Source: Rhodothermia bacterium
Lineage (GTDB): Bacteria > Bacteroidota > Rhodothermia > Balneolales > Balneolaceae
Assembly: GCA_030427885.1 (NCBI GenBank)
Contig: JAUICM010000004.1
Coordinates: 519,550 to 551,549 of the forward strand
Length of the DNA: 32,000 nucleotides
Direction: 5' to 3'
Shown: piece after piece, positions 1 through 9,248 of the stretch
Numbering within the stretch: position 1 is the first letter of the stretch
Layout: each line of letters starts with the position of its first letter
The notes under the pieces: model-generated
The model's database searches: none
Told to the model about the DNA's origin: nothing
What the model saw: the letters and a program-made list of their open reading frames with translations, nothing else
Position numbers and translations under genes: made by a program

Positions 1-26
1 TTCCATGAAAGAATTGAGTAAGATCT

Positions 27-2117
27 ATGCCTGAGCAGAAGAAATCAGATCTGGATAGAATGAGTCCTGAGGGAATTAATATTCAAGCCCTGTATGATTC
101 CGGGGATATCTCAGAAAGAAATATTGATCCCGGTAAGCCCGGTGAATTTCCTTTCACTCGGGGTCCCTATCCAACTATGTACACCCAGCGACCCTGGACC
201 ATCCGCCAATATGCAGGTTTCTCAACGGCGGAAGAATCAAATAAATTCTATCGTCAGGCACTGGAGAAAGGCCAAAAAGGACTAAGCGTGGCTTTCGATC
301 TGGCTACCCATCGTGGTTATGACTCTGATCATCCAAGAGTAATTGGAGATGTGGGGAAGGCCGGAGTTGCTATCGACTCAGTGGAAGACATGAAGATCCT
401 GTTTGATGGGATCCCGCTGGATAAGATGTCGGTTTCCATGACTATGAATGGCGCCGTGATTCCGATCATGGCCGCATATATCGTAGCAGCGGAGGAACAG
501 GGAGTTTCAACGGAGCAGCTAAGCGGAACTATTCAGAATGATATCCTGAAAGAGTTCATGGTTCGGAACACCTATATCTATCCACCACATCAGTCCATGA
601 GGCTGGTTTCAGATATCATTGGTTATACCAGTGAGCACATGCCACGGTTTAATTCGATCTCCATATCCGGATATCACATGCAGGAAGCGGGTGCTGATTC
701 AGCTCTGGAGCTTGCGTTTACTTTGGCAGATGGAATTGAGTATGTGAAAGCAGCAGTCAATCGTGGGTTGGATGTGGATGCCTTTGCTCCAAGACTTTCG
801 TTCTTCTTTGCCATTGGCATGAATTTTCTGATGGAGGTGAGTAAACTTCGGGCTGCCAGAACACTTTGGGCAGAATTGATGAAAGAGCATTTCGAACCGA
901 AGAATCCAAAGTCCATGATGCTCAGAACCCATTGCCAGACTTCAGGGTGGTCACTAACTGCGCAGGACCCGTTAAATAATGTAGTTCGAACTACCATTGA
1001 GGCAATGGCCGCAGTGCTTGGAGGAACACAGTCTCTCCACACTAATAGTTATGATGAGGCTATTTCCCTTCCTACCGAAATCTCATCAAGAATTGCCAGA
1101 AATACCCAGACCATAATTCAGGAAGAAACGGACATTACACATACAGTAGATCCGTTTGCGGGCTCATATGCTGTCGAATCCATTACACATGATCTGAAAG
1201 AAAAGGCAAGATCTATCATCAATGAAGTAATGGAAATGGGAGGAATGGCCAAGGCGATCGAACTAGGATATCCCAAAAGAAAGATCGAAGAAGCCTCAGC
1301 CATCAAGCAAGCCGGAATTGATAAAGGTGATATCACAATCGTTGGGGTTAATAAATATGTGAATGAAAAAGAAGACCCGATCGAGATCCTGGATATTGAT
1401 AATACCAATGTGCGTAAAATGCAGGTCGAAAGACTTGATTCCATCAAATCGAAACGAGATAATGAAGCTACCCGTGATGCTTTAATGGCTATTACTGAGG
1501 CTGCAAAAAGCGGAGAAGGGAATATACTTGAACTGGCAGTGGAGGCAACCAGAAGAAGAGCGACCGTGGGGGAAATATCATCAGCACTTGAACAAGTATG
1601 GGGCAGGCATAAAGCCGACAATCAAACCATAAAAGGGGTGTACGAAAGCGTGTATAAATCTGACGAACATTATCAGGAGATCAAATCAAAGATCGAGGTT
1701 TTTGCAAAAGAAGAAGGCAGAAGACCGAGGATACTTGTGGTTAAAATGGGTCAGGATGGACACGATAGAGGTGCTAAAGTAGTAGCGACAGCATTTGCAG
1801 ATATGGGCTTTGATGTAGATGTGGGGCCGTTATTTTCAACTCCTGAGGAAGCTGCAAAACAAGCCATCGAAAATGATGTTCATGTGATCGGGGTTTCTAC
1901 TTTGGCGGCAGGCCATAAAACTCTGATCCCCGAATTGATCCGCATATTGAAAGAAGAAAAGGCTAATGATATTGTAATTGTGGCCGGTGGTGTTATTCCA
2001 GTTCAGGATTATGAATTCCTGTATGAAGCCGGTGTATCTGCAGTATTTGGCCCCGGAACAAATATTCCGAAGGCCGCGTCATCTGTAATTGATGAGATCA
2101 GATCTAAAAAAGCATGA
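27..2117 (+). CDS. scpA: methylmalonyl-CoA mutase, single-chain (mutase barrel + C-terminal B12-binding domain)
   Basis: 696-aa ORF. Mutase motifs [18 protein letters not shown] and [18 protein letters not shown]-terminal cobalamin-binding domain with [13 protein letters not shown] (DxHxxG). Tyr in PTMY and Arg in [11 protein letters not shown] favour methylmalonyl-CoA over isobutyryl-CoA specificity. Confidence 0.9.
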   Translation: MPEQKKSDLDRMSPEGINIQALYDSGDISERNIDPGKPGEFPFTRGPYPTMYTQRPWTIRQYAGFSTAEESNKFYRQALEKGQKGLSVAFDLATHRGYDSDHPRVIGDVGKAGVAIDSVEDMKILFDGIPLDKMSVSMTMNGAVIPIMAAYIVAAEEQGVSTEQLSGTIQNDILKEFMVRNTYIYPPHQSMRLVSDIIGYTSEHMPRFNSISISGYHMQEAGADSALELAFTLADGIEYVKAAVNRGLDVDAFAPRLSFFFAIGMNFLMEVSKLRAARTLWAELMKEHFEPKNPKSMMLRTHCQTSGWSLTAQDPLNNVVRTTIEAMAAVLGGTQSLHTNSYDEAISLPTEISSRIARNTQTIIQEETDITHTVDPFAGSYAVESITHDLKEKARSIINEVMEMGGMAKAIELGYPKRKIEEASAIKQAGIDKGDITIVGVNKYVNEKEDPIEILDIDNTNVRKMQVERLDSIKSKRDNEATRDALMAITEAAKSGEGNILELAVEATRRRATVGEISSALEQVWGRHKADNQTIKGVYESVYKSDEHYQEIKSKIEVFAKEEGRRPRILVVKMGQDGHDRGAKVVATAFADMGFDVDVGPLFSTPEEAAKQAIENDVHVIGVSTLAAGHKTLIPELIRILKEEKANDIVIVAGGVIPVQDYEFLYEAGVSAVFGPGTNIPKAASSVIDEIRSKKA

Positions 2118-3094
2118 CAGTAGAAGAGCTTGCTAAAGAATTAACATCAGGAAACAGGCGGGCTCTGGCCAAGGCGATCACCCTGGTGGAAAGCACCAAA
2201 TCCGCTGACAAAAGCAAAGCAAATAAATTACTATCCCTGCTTCAGGCCTCAAGAGATACTATTCGTGTAGGTATTTCCGGAGTTCCCGGGGTGGGCAAAA
2301 GCACCTTTATTGAATCTCTTGGAAATCTGCTGATCGGAAAAGGACATAAGGTTGCAGTTCTTGCCGTGGATCCCAGCAGCCCCACAACCGGAGGTAGTAT
2401 TCTCGGCGATAAGACCAGGATGGAAACACTTTCTTCAAAGAAGGAAGCTTTTATACGTCCCTCTCCAACTTCAGGAACGTTAGGTGGAGTTGCCAAAAAA
2501 ACCAGAGAAGCCATGATGCTGTGTGAGGCGGCAGGCTACGACGTGATTTTAGTTGAGACCGTAGGAGTGGGACAAAGTGAATTTGAGGTAGCATCCATGG
2601 TTGATTGCTTTCTGGTTATGATGCTGCCGGGAGGTGGTGATTCATTACAGGGAATAAAGAGAGGGATTTTAGAGATCACAGATATTCTGGTGGTGAACAA
2701 GGCAGATGGTGATCAAAAAAAACTGGCTGAACAAGCCAGATCTGAATATCAAAATGCCTTTCATCTGTTATCACCAAAGATTGAAGGAGTAGAGGTGGCA
2801 TTTCAGACAACCAGTGCTCTTGAGGGCCGTGGAATATCAGAAACCTGGGATGCAGTGGAATCATTCGTTAATATTTTGAAAGAGAAGACCCTCTTCAATA
2901 AACTCAGGGATGAACAGGATATAAATTGGTTTAAGAGGCTTACTGAAGATGCACTTATTGAGAGACTCTGGAATGAGGCGGAGCAAAAGAATCTGGCCCA
3001 TGATCTGATGAACAAGATCAGAAAAAATGAGATCAGTCCTTCTGCCGCAGCGGCAATGATGGCTGCAAAAGTGAATGATAATAATGGTAAATAG
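2114..3094 (+). CDS. meaB: methylmalonyl-CoA mutase-associated GTPase (MeaB/ArgK family)
   Basis: 326-aa ORF. P-loop GVPGVGKST, then [14 protein letters not shown] and NKAD G-motifs. ATGA start/stop overlap with the mutase gene implies translational coupling. Confidence 0.9.
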   Translation: MTVEELAKELTSGNRRALAKAITLVESTKSADKSKANKLLSLLQASRDTIRVGISGVPGVGKSTFIESLGNLLIGKGHKVAVLAVDPSSPTTGGSILGDKTRMETLSSKKEAFIRPSPTSGTLGGVAKKTREAMMLCEAAGYDVILVETVGVGQSEFEVASMVDCFLVMMLPGGGDSLQGIKRGILEITDILVVNKADGDQKKLAEQARSEYQNAFHLLSPKIEGVEVAFQTTSALEGRGISETWDAVESFVNILKEKTLFNKLRDEQDINWFKRLTEDALIERLWNEAEQKNLAHDLMNKIRKNEISPSAAAAMMAAKVNDNNGK

Positions 3095-3208
3095 CTCAGA
3101 TTGTGGCTGAATCGCAATCTTTTGCTGGCTATATTCAATTGTTGTTGGGGGCTAAGCAGAATTTTTGAAAAAGTTTAGATTATAGTAGTAAAAAAGCGCT
3201 TACAATTG

Positions 3209-3216
3209 TATATTTG
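3209..3216 (+). promoter_or_regulatory. candidate Bacteroidota-type -7 promoter box TATATTTG (TAnnTTTG)
   Basis: Exact TAnnTTTG match 42 bp upstream of the ATG at 3258. It overlaps the perfect palindrome TACAATTGTA (3201-3210). No clear -33 TTTG at the expected spacing. Confidence 0.35.
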
Positions 3217-3257
3217 CGCTTCATTATTAAGAGATACATCGTAGAGAATACAGCAAC

Positions 3258-4421
3258 ATGAACGAGGTTGAGCGAAATATCGGCCCTTTAACACAGCTTA
3301 CGGAAGACGAGCAGATGCTCAAAGAGGCTACCTCAGACTTTGCGAAGAGTTCCATTGCGCCATTGGTTCATGAGATGGATGAGAATGCCAAGCTCGATAA
3401 AGGCCTGATCTCAGAAATGTTCGAAATGGGATTGATGGGTATTGAAGTTCCGGAAGAATATTCTGGAGCAGGTGGTACCTTCATGATGTCTATCGTTGCG
3501 ATCGAGGAGATATCTAAAGTAGATGCCTCGGTTGGTGTATTCATGGATGTTCAGAATACTCTGGTGAATAATGCATTCATCCGGTATGGAAGTGACGAAA
3601 TTAAACAAAGGTACCTGCCACAGTTAGCGACCGGAAAAGTTGGGGCTTACTGTTTGTCAGAAGCAGGTTCAGGAAGTGATGCCTTTGCATTGAAGACTTC
3701 AGCAAAAGAAATGGATGATCATTTTCTGCTGAATGGCTCGAAATTGTGGATCACTAATGCAAATGAAGCGGATATTTTTATAGTTCTTGCAAATGCGAAC
3801 CCGGAGCTGGGTTATAAGGGAATCACAGCATTTGTTGTTGAACGTGGAATGGAAGGATTTTCGGTTTCTAAAAAGGAAAACAAGCTTGGTATCAGAGCCA
3901 GTTCAACCTGTGAGATCCTTTTCGAGGATGTTAAAATACCCAAAGAAAATATATTAGGTGAATACGGCCGCGGGTATAAAGTTGCGATTGAAACCTTGAA
4001 TGAAGGTCGTATTGGAATTGGTGCTCAGATGGTTGGTATAGCTCAGGGAGCGTTCAATGCTGCTTGTGCATATGTGCAGGAGCGAAAACAATTTGGCAGA
4101 GCGATTGCTGATTTCCAGGGCGTTCAGTTTCAACTGGCAAGAATGGCCACAGATATTGAAACTGCACGATTGTTGGTATACAACGCCGGAAGAATGAAAG
4201 AAGCCGGCCAGGAATTTTTGAAAGAAGCAGCTATGGCGAAATATTATTCTTCAGAAGTTGCCGAAAGAGTTACATCTATGGCTGTAGACCTGTTTGGTGG
4301 CTATGGATATGTTAAAGAATATCCCGTCGAGAAGTTTTACCGTGATGCAAAGATCGGTAAGATCTACGAGGGTACAACGAACATGCAGCTGAGCACTATT
4401 GCGAAGTTGCTACTTCGATGA
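3258..4421 (+). CDS. acyl-CoA dehydrogenase (short/branched-chain type)
   Basis: 387-aa ORF with typical ACAD layout: AYCLSEAGSGSDA, WITNA, and the C-terminal catalytic-Glu region IYEGTTNMQ. Confidence 0.9.
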   Translation: MNEVERNIGPLTQLTEDEQMLKEATSDFAKSSIAPLVHEMDENAKLDKGLISEMFEMGLMGIEVPEEYSGAGGTFMMSIVAIEEISKVDASVGVFMDVQNTLVNNAFIRYGSDEIKQRYLPQLATGKVGAYCLSEAGSGSDAFALKTSAKEMDDHFLLNGSKLWITNANEADIFIVLANANPELGYKGITAFVVERGMEGFSVSKKENKLGIRASSTCEILFEDVKIPKENILGEYGRGYKVAIETLNEGRIGIGAQMVGIAQGAFNAACAYVQERKQFGRAIADFQGVQFQLARMATDIETARLLVYNAGRMKEAGQEFLKEAAMAKYYSSEVAERVTSMAVDLFGGYGYVKEYPVEKFYRDAKIGKIYEGTTNMQLSTIAKLLLR

Positions 4422-4430
4422 GTGAGTGAG

Positions 4431-4458
4431 GAAAGGGGGGCTTCGGTCCCCCTTTTTT
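4431..4458. terminator. bidirectional rho-independent terminator
   Basis: GAAAGGGGGG-CTTCGGT-CCCCCTTTTTT: a G/C stem flanked by an A-run and a T-run, sitting between convergent genes ending at 4421 (+) and 4478 (-). Confidence 0.7.
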
Positions 4459-4477
4459 ATTTCAGGAACTCATTCAG

Positions 4478-5218
4478 TCATTTAGATTTAGCGCACCGAA
4501 AACCTATATCAGTAGCGCGTACATCATGTAAAGTGCCCACTCTCCAGTAGGTTCTGGTAGCAACAGTCTCTTCAGCAAAGCTTCCTCCCCTGATCAACCG
4601 TATGCCGTCCTTCTTATGATTATGCAAGAGTCCCGGAAAACTGTAGATCTGATAAAACTCATCTATCCATTCAAATACATTCCCACTCATATCATATAAA
4701 CCAAGATCGTTGGGCTTCCTGGTGCCAACAGTGAATGAGAAGTTAATATTCATACTTCTGACGATAGCGTAATCTCTGAGGGAATCAGGATCGCTGGTTC
4801 CGGCAAACATCTGATGCTTACCTCCTGACCGGGCTGCGTATTCCCATTCTAGTTCGGATGGCAGGCGCATTCCAAGTTTTTTACAGAAAGCATTAGCCTC
4901 ATCCCAGGTAATATTAACAACAGCCCGTTTTTCGCGGCCGTAATTGTTATCGTCTGGTAATGGTTTACTATTTTTTAAGGCATAATCATCATACTGTTTA
5001 TAGGTGATCTCATATTTACTGAGAAAGAACGGATCGACCTGAACCTGATGCGTTGGGAGTGCGTCGGAGTTTGATTGCTCAAATACATCGCCAACCTCAA
5101 AACTACCTCCTTCTATAAAAACCATTTCGGGGCGATAGGTTTTAGGAGCTCTGTTAAAAAAAGAGCAGGAAAGTAAAGTTAAAATGGGTATAATTAGCAG
5201 AATTTTCTGAATACGCAT
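4478..5218 (-). CDS. FGE-sulfatase (SUMF1) domain lipoprotein
   Basis: 246-aa ORF. Signal peptide plus lipobox (LTLLSCSF). SUMF1-family motifs: GGSFEVG, NITWDEANAFC, RLPSELEWEYAAR, YDMSGNVFEW, RGGSF, GFRC. Confidence 0.8.
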   Translation of the reverse strand: MRIQKILLIIPILTLLSCSFFNRAPKTYRPEMVFIEGGSFEVGDVFEQSNSDALPTHQVQVDPFFLSKYEITYKQYDDYALKNSKPLPDDNNYGREKRAVVNITWDEANAFCKKLGMRLPSELEWEYAARSGGKHQMFAGTSDPDSLRDYAIVRSMNINFSFTVGTRKPNDLGLYDMSGNVFEWIDEFYQIYSFPGLLHNHKKDGIRLIRGGSFAEETVATRTYWRVGTLHDVRATDIGFRCAKSK

Positions 5219-5319
5219 TATTAAGTACTAATTTAATAGTACTAGAATACGATTATTTTAAAGAAAATGGAATGATGCAGTAAAACATTCAGTTAGAAGC
5301 GTGTGTAGTATTCGGGAGT

Positions 5320-6222
5320 TTGAAAAATTGTATAGAAGATATGAGTACAAGAGATCAAAATATTTTAGAAGCCGTCAGATCATTAGCGAAAGATGATGAA
5401 GCCCTTAATAAGCTTGAAGGCCTTATAGGGGACTTGTCATCAAAGGTTACTAATCTGCAGAACCAGCTGGAGTTATTGGAATCGGCAATACGCCATGACT
5501 ACGATTCGATACTCATAACTGAGCTGGATCTTGAGAAGCCCGGCCCGATCATCGTTTATGTGAACGAAGGGTTTACCAGAATGACAGGATATACAAAAGA
5601 TGAGGTTCTGGGGAAAACCCCAAGAATTCTTCAAGGTCCTAAAACAGACCGGGCTGTTCTGGATCGCCTGAAAAGAAGACTTATTGAAGGACAAGCGTTC
5701 TTTGGACATACCATCAACTATCGAAAAGATGGTTCCGAGTTTATCAATCAGTGGGACATTCATCCTTTGATGAACGAGAAGGGAGAGGTGACACACTGGG
5801 TTTCTTATCAGAGAGATGTAACTGAAAAAAGAGACTCAGCTAAGGCCTTATTCAATACTGATTTTGATGAGCTCCTGAAGCGCAAAGAGGAGTTTAAGTT
5901 AAAATTTATAAGAGAGGAAGGGTCCAAAAGCTATAGCTGTAAATATCTAAATGAGGCGTTTGAAGAGATTACGGGACTTGAGAAATCAGTGATATTAGAT
6001 AAAGGGATTGATAATGCCGTTCACACAGAAGATTTGACACTGGTGGAATCTGCACTGGAAAAAGCTTTTAATGGAAAGACTGTTACAGAAACTTTCCGGT
6101 ACCGCTCATCGTCAGGTGATTTCATCTCCGTGCTTCAGTCCTTTAAGCCTGTTTTTGATGAAGATGGAAAACAGGTGGAATCTGTTAAATCCGTTGCGAA
6201 GCTGGAACTGAAAGAAATTTAG
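5320..6222 (+). CDS. stand-alone tandem PAS protein; the first PAS is LOV-like but lacks the adduct-forming Cys
   Basis: 300-aa ORF from TTG 5320; ATG 5341 (MSTRDQ) is an alternative start. N-terminal coiled coil. LOV-like core IVYVNEGFTRMTGYTKDEVLGKTPRILQGPKTD...INYRKDGSEF...VSYQRDVTE, then a second PAS-like half. No output domain. Confidence 0.8.
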   Translation: MKNCIEDMSTRDQNILEAVRSLAKDDEALNKLEGLIGDLSSKVTNLQNQLELLESAIRHDYDSILITELDLEKPGPIIVYVNEGFTRMTGYTKDEVLGKTPRILQGPKTDRAVLDRLKRRLIEGQAFFGHTINYRKDGSEFINQWDIHPLMNEKGEVTHWVSYQRDVTEKRDSAKALFNTDFDELLKRKEEFKLKFIREEGSKSYSCKYLNEAFEEITGLEKSVILDKGIDNAVHTEDLTLVESALEKAFNGKTVTETFRYRSSSGDFISVLQSFKPVFDEDGKQVESVKSVAKLELKEI

Positions 6223-6247
6223 TTCACACCATATTAAGGAAAATTAG

Positions 6248-6273
6248 AAAGCCCAAATTATTGGGCTTTTTTT
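6248..6273 (+). terminator. rho-independent terminator
   Basis: AAAGCCCAA-ATTA-TTGGGCTTT followed by a T-run, 26 bp after the stop at 6222. Confidence 0.7.
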
Positions 6274-6294
6274 ATATCCCTTACCGGATAATTG

Positions 6295-6302
6295 TATATT
6301 TG
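6295..6302 (+). promoter_or_regulatory. candidate -7 promoter box TATATTTG (TAnnTTTG)
   Basis: Exact motif 15 bp upstream of ATG 6317. It lies inside the 13-mer AATTGTATATTTG, which also occurs at 3204-3216. Confidence 0.35.
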
Positions 6303-6316
6303 GTGAAAATTGAATT

Positions 6317-6742
6317 ATGGATATACAGGAAGTACAAGACCGCATAATCAGAGAGTTCGGACTCTTTGAAGACTGGACTGAAAAATACAAGCATATTATA
6401 AAGCTGGGAAGTAAACTCGATACTCTGCCCGAAGAAGACCATACGGAATCAAACCTGGTAAAAGGTTGCCAGAGTCAGGTATGGTTAACAGCAGATTTAG
6501 AAGGGGATAAAGTCATCTTTAAAGCAGACAGTGATGCAGCCATAACAAAAGGTTTGGTAGCATTAATGGTAACGTTTTACTCCGGGCAGTCTCCTGATAC
6601 TATAATTGGTACAAATCCTGAGTTTATAAATAAGATCGGGATGGCACAGCACCTGTCTCCTACAAGAGCAAACGGGCTGGCTTCAATGGTAAAACAGATG
6701 AAAATATACGCAATGGCTTTTAAAGCTAAATTGGCAACATAG
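6317..6742 (+). CDS. sufE: SufE-family cysteine desulfuration (sulfur acceptor) protein
   Basis: 141-aa ORF of the right size, with the SufE active-site region LVKGCQSQVWL and C-terminal SPTRANGL. Confidence 0.85.
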   Translation: MDIQEVQDRIIREFGLFEDWTEKYKHIIKLGSKLDTLPEEDHTESNLVKGCQSQVWLTADLEGDKVIFKADSDAAITKGLVALMVTFYSGQSPDTIIGTNPEFINKIGMAQHLSPTRANGLASMVKQMKIYAMAFKAKLAT

Positions 6743-6788
6743 TTGTCAAATAGCGGATAATTCCTTATTACTGTGAACTATTATTTTT

Positions 6789-8624
6789 GTGATGGATAAT
6801 AAGTTTTCACTTACTGGAATCGGGGACTTTAAAAAGAGAACCACACTCTTTACAGAACCTTTTGATGAAAATCAGGAACCCGGGATTAAGATCCTGAACA
6901 GGGTGTCTTTATTTCTATTGCTGGTCTGTGTCCTGTTTTTAATACCTTTTTATTTTAATCAATCGGTATCTCTTACCTGGTTCTTCCTGTCTGAAGCCGT
7001 TGCATTTATGCTTATTCCGGTATTGGCAAGGCAGGGATTTATCAATACTGCCAAGCTTTTGCATATTGCATATATTGATATCGGGATCGTGATCCTCAGT
7101 TCTGTTTTCGGCCATGAAGCGATGATACAGGCCTTTTTTATCCCAACGATGGGATTGTCTATTCTTTTATTTGACACTAAGAATATCCAGCTAAGAAATA
7201 TCTCCATCTTCTTTTCTGTGGTAGCCTATTTTGTGTTGGATTATATAATATATGATCAGATCTATTTCACGGAGGGGCGTTTCTCATTAATACGATGGAG
7301 TGTACTAACCGCTGCTTTCATTACCACCTGGCTTATCTTTAATACTTTCTCTGATTTTAAGGAAAGCGCCGAGAGTAAAACGAATGAGTTGCTTAAAAAA
7401 GAGATCGAACTCAACAGGGAGTTGAGTATCAACCAGAAGAAGCTGGAATCTAATATTTCAGAGCTGGAACAGGCACGTATCGATCTTGAAAAAAGCACAA
7501 AAGCGAAATCTGAGTTCCTTGCAACCATGAGTCATGAGATCAGGACCCCGATGAATGCTATAATGGGGATGACTCATCTGCTCCAGAAAGAAGGCCCCAG
7601 AAATGACCAGATGGAGCCGCTCAGCATTCTGGATTTTTCAGGAAAGACCTTGCTTGCACTAATCGATGATGTTCTCGATTTCTCCAAGATCGAGGCAGGA
7701 AGACTGGAGTTTGAGAGTACAGAGTTTGAAGTGAATAAACTCGTCTCAACCATTATCGAAAGTTTCAGGGTGATGGCTAGCAACAAAGGCATTGAGTTGA
7801 AGAGTGAAATTATTGGCGATATCAATACTGTACTTATTGGAGATCCGGCCCGACTTACGCAGATCCTGAATAACCTTATCAGTAATGCACTTAAATTTAC
7901 TGAAGAAGGGGGAGTGTATTTGAATGTTAAGGTGCTGAACGATTGGGAAAAGAAAATACAGCTGCAGTTTAGTGTTTCAGATACTGGTATTGGAATTCCA
8001 AAAGACCGGGTAGATACTATTTTTGAAAGCTTTACCCAGGCTAGTGGTAGCACAAAAAGGCTTTATGGGGGAACAGGTTTAGGGCTTACCATAAGTAAAC
8101 AGCTAACAGAGCTGCAGGGTGGTAAACTGAGTGTGGATAGTGAAGAAGGCAAAGGAAGTACATTTACTGTTGAGATGTCATTCCTAAAAGGGGAGCTCAA
8201 AGCTTCTGATCCGGCAACTATTGTCGGTGATGGTGATGAGGGAATACTCCGAGGTATTAAAATTCTTTTGGCTGAAGATAATCTGGTGAATCAAAAAGTT
8301 ATGAATCGCTTTTTGGAACGCTGGGAAGTGAATATGACCATTGTTGAGAATGGAGCCAGAGCAGTGGAAGAAGTTAAGAAGTCGACCTATGATGTGATAC
8401 TTATGGATCTCCAAATGCCCGAAATGGACGGGTATGAAGCAACGGAAAAGATCAGAGCCTTAGACGATCCTTCTAAACGGCAGATTCCTATAATTGCACT
8501 CACAGCAGCTGCACTTAAAGAAGTGAAGGAGAAGGTTTTTGCTGCCGGTATGAATGATTTTGTGACCAAGCCTTTCAACCCCGCGGAGCTTCAGCAAAAG
8601 ATAGCAGATCAGGTAAAGAAGTAA
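6789..8624 (+). CDS. hybrid sensor histidine kinase/response regulator (multi-TM sensor, HisKA, HATPase_c, REC)
   Basis: 611-aa ORF from GTG 6789, or ATG 6792. About 6 N-terminal TM helices, a coiled coil, H-box MSHEIRTPMNAI, N/G boxes (NLISNALKFT, DTGIGI, GGTGLGL). C-terminal receiver: LLAEDN...ILMDLQMPEMDG...KP. Confidence 0.9.
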   Translation: MMDNKFSLTGIGDFKKRTTLFTEPFDENQEPGIKILNRVSLFLLLVCVLFLIPFYFNQSVSLTWFFLSEAVAFMLIPVLARQGFINTAKLLHIAYIDIGIVILSSVFGHEAMIQAFFIPTMGLSILLFDTKNIQLRNISIFFSVVAYFVLDYIIYDQIYFTEGRFSLIRWSVLTAAFITTWLIFNTFSDFKESAESKTNELLKKEIELNRELSINQKKLESNISELEQARIDLEKSTKAKSEFLATMSHEIRTPMNAIMGMTHLLQKEGPRNDQMEPLSILDFSGKTLLALIDDVLDFSKIEAGRLEFESTEFEVNKLVSTIIESFRVMASNKGIELKSEIIGDINTVLIGDPARLTQILNNLISNALKFTEEGGVYLNVKVLNDWEKKIQLQFSVSDTGIGIPKDRVDTIFESFTQASGSTKRLYGGTGLGLTISKQLTELQGGKLSVDSEEGKGSTFTVEMSFLKGELKASDPATIVGDGDEGILRGIKILLAEDNLVNQKVMNRFLERWEVNMTIVENGARAVEEVKKSTYDVILMDLQMPEMDGYEATEKIRALDDPSKRQIPIIALTAAALKEVKEKVFAAGMNDFVTKPFNPAELQQKIADQVKK

Positions 8625-8629
8625 GCCTG

Positions 8630-9247
8630 TTATTCTCCTTTCAGGTTCCTTTTCATGATATCCTTAACACCAGGTGCGGAATGATCGTCAAGGTGATCAA
8701 CGACACTTCGTTGGTCTTCTTCAGATCGGTTTTGATTGAACTTAAACTTTCCTTGTATCGAGCTGATCTCCAGTTCGAACCCGACAATGCCTTTTAATTC
8801 TCTTTCAAAAACAGAGTGGCCTTCGCTGAGGTCCCAATCTGTTTTGATCTGATCTTCATGGTAATGGGTCAGGCGAGTTACCATTTCAGCAAGTCGTTGA
8901 GGATCTTCAGTGATCTGAACTTTGCCATAAACATGTACGGTAGCATAATTCCAGGTAGGCACTGTATTCCGGTTTTTATACCAGGAGGGTGAAATGTAGC
9001 TATGAGGTCCCTGAAATACGACCAGTACTTCCCTGTTAGATTCAATTCTTCGCCAATGTTTATTAGCCTTAGCAAAATGGGCGATTAGAAAACCATTCTC
9101 TCCCCGGTCACGGTCTAAGAGAAAAGGAAGATGTGTAGCTTCGGGTTGTTCTCCATGTTGACTGAATATGATCCCAAAATTATACTGCTCGATCAGATCG
9201 AAAAGTATATTGGGATCAGTTTCTTTAAAAGAAGAGGGAGTATACAT
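8630..9247 (-). CDS. FMN-binding negative transcriptional regulator (PaiB family)
   Basis: 205-aa ORF. N-terminus MYTPSSFKETD...NFGIIFS and overall length are typical of PaiB/Pai2-like FMN-binding split-barrel proteins. Confidence 0.8.
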   Translation of the reverse strand: MYTPSSFKETDPNILFDLIEQYNFGIIFSQHGEQPEATHLPFLLDRDRGENGFLIAHFAKANKHWRRIESNREVLVVFQGPHSYISPSWYKNRNTVPTWNYATVHVYGKVQITEDPQRLAEMVTRLTHYHEDQIKTDWDLSEGHSVFERELKGIVGFELEISSIQGKFKFNQNRSEEDQRSVVDHLDDHSAPGVKDIMKRNLKGE

Positions 9248-9248
9248 A

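Noticed and set aside
674-1621. Antisense ORFs inside the mutase gene (674-1042, 699-932, 1118-1621, minus strand)
   Set aside because: These are shadow ORFs opposite a strongly supported gene, with low-complexity Ser/Ala/Leu-rich translations. The same reasoning applies to 2242-2514, 2803-3138, 7574-8053, 14045-14524, 18475-18954, 22180-22650, 22296-22631, 26114-26536, 27042-27485 and 27600-28079.
27-2117. Mutase could be isobutyryl-CoA mutase (Icm/IcmF) rather than methylmalonyl-CoA mutase
   Set aside because: The specificity positions read Tyr (PTMY) and Arg (FMVRNTY), as in methylmalonyl-CoA mutases. Isobutyryl-CoA mutases have Phe and Gln there. MeaB is a separate gene, not fused as in IcmF.
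4478-5218. FGE/SUMF1-domain lipoprotein as GldK/PorK of the gliding/T9SS apparatus
   Set aside because: It is about half the size of GldK/PorK, and no gldL/M/N-like genes are adjacent. I kept it as a generic FGE-sulfatase-domain lipoprotein.
6782-6789. TATTTTTG as a -7 promoter box for the hybrid kinase
   Set aside because: It abuts or overlaps the only plausible start codons (GTG 6789 / ATG 6792), so the transcription start would fall inside the coding region. It is probably a chance match in AT-rich sequence.
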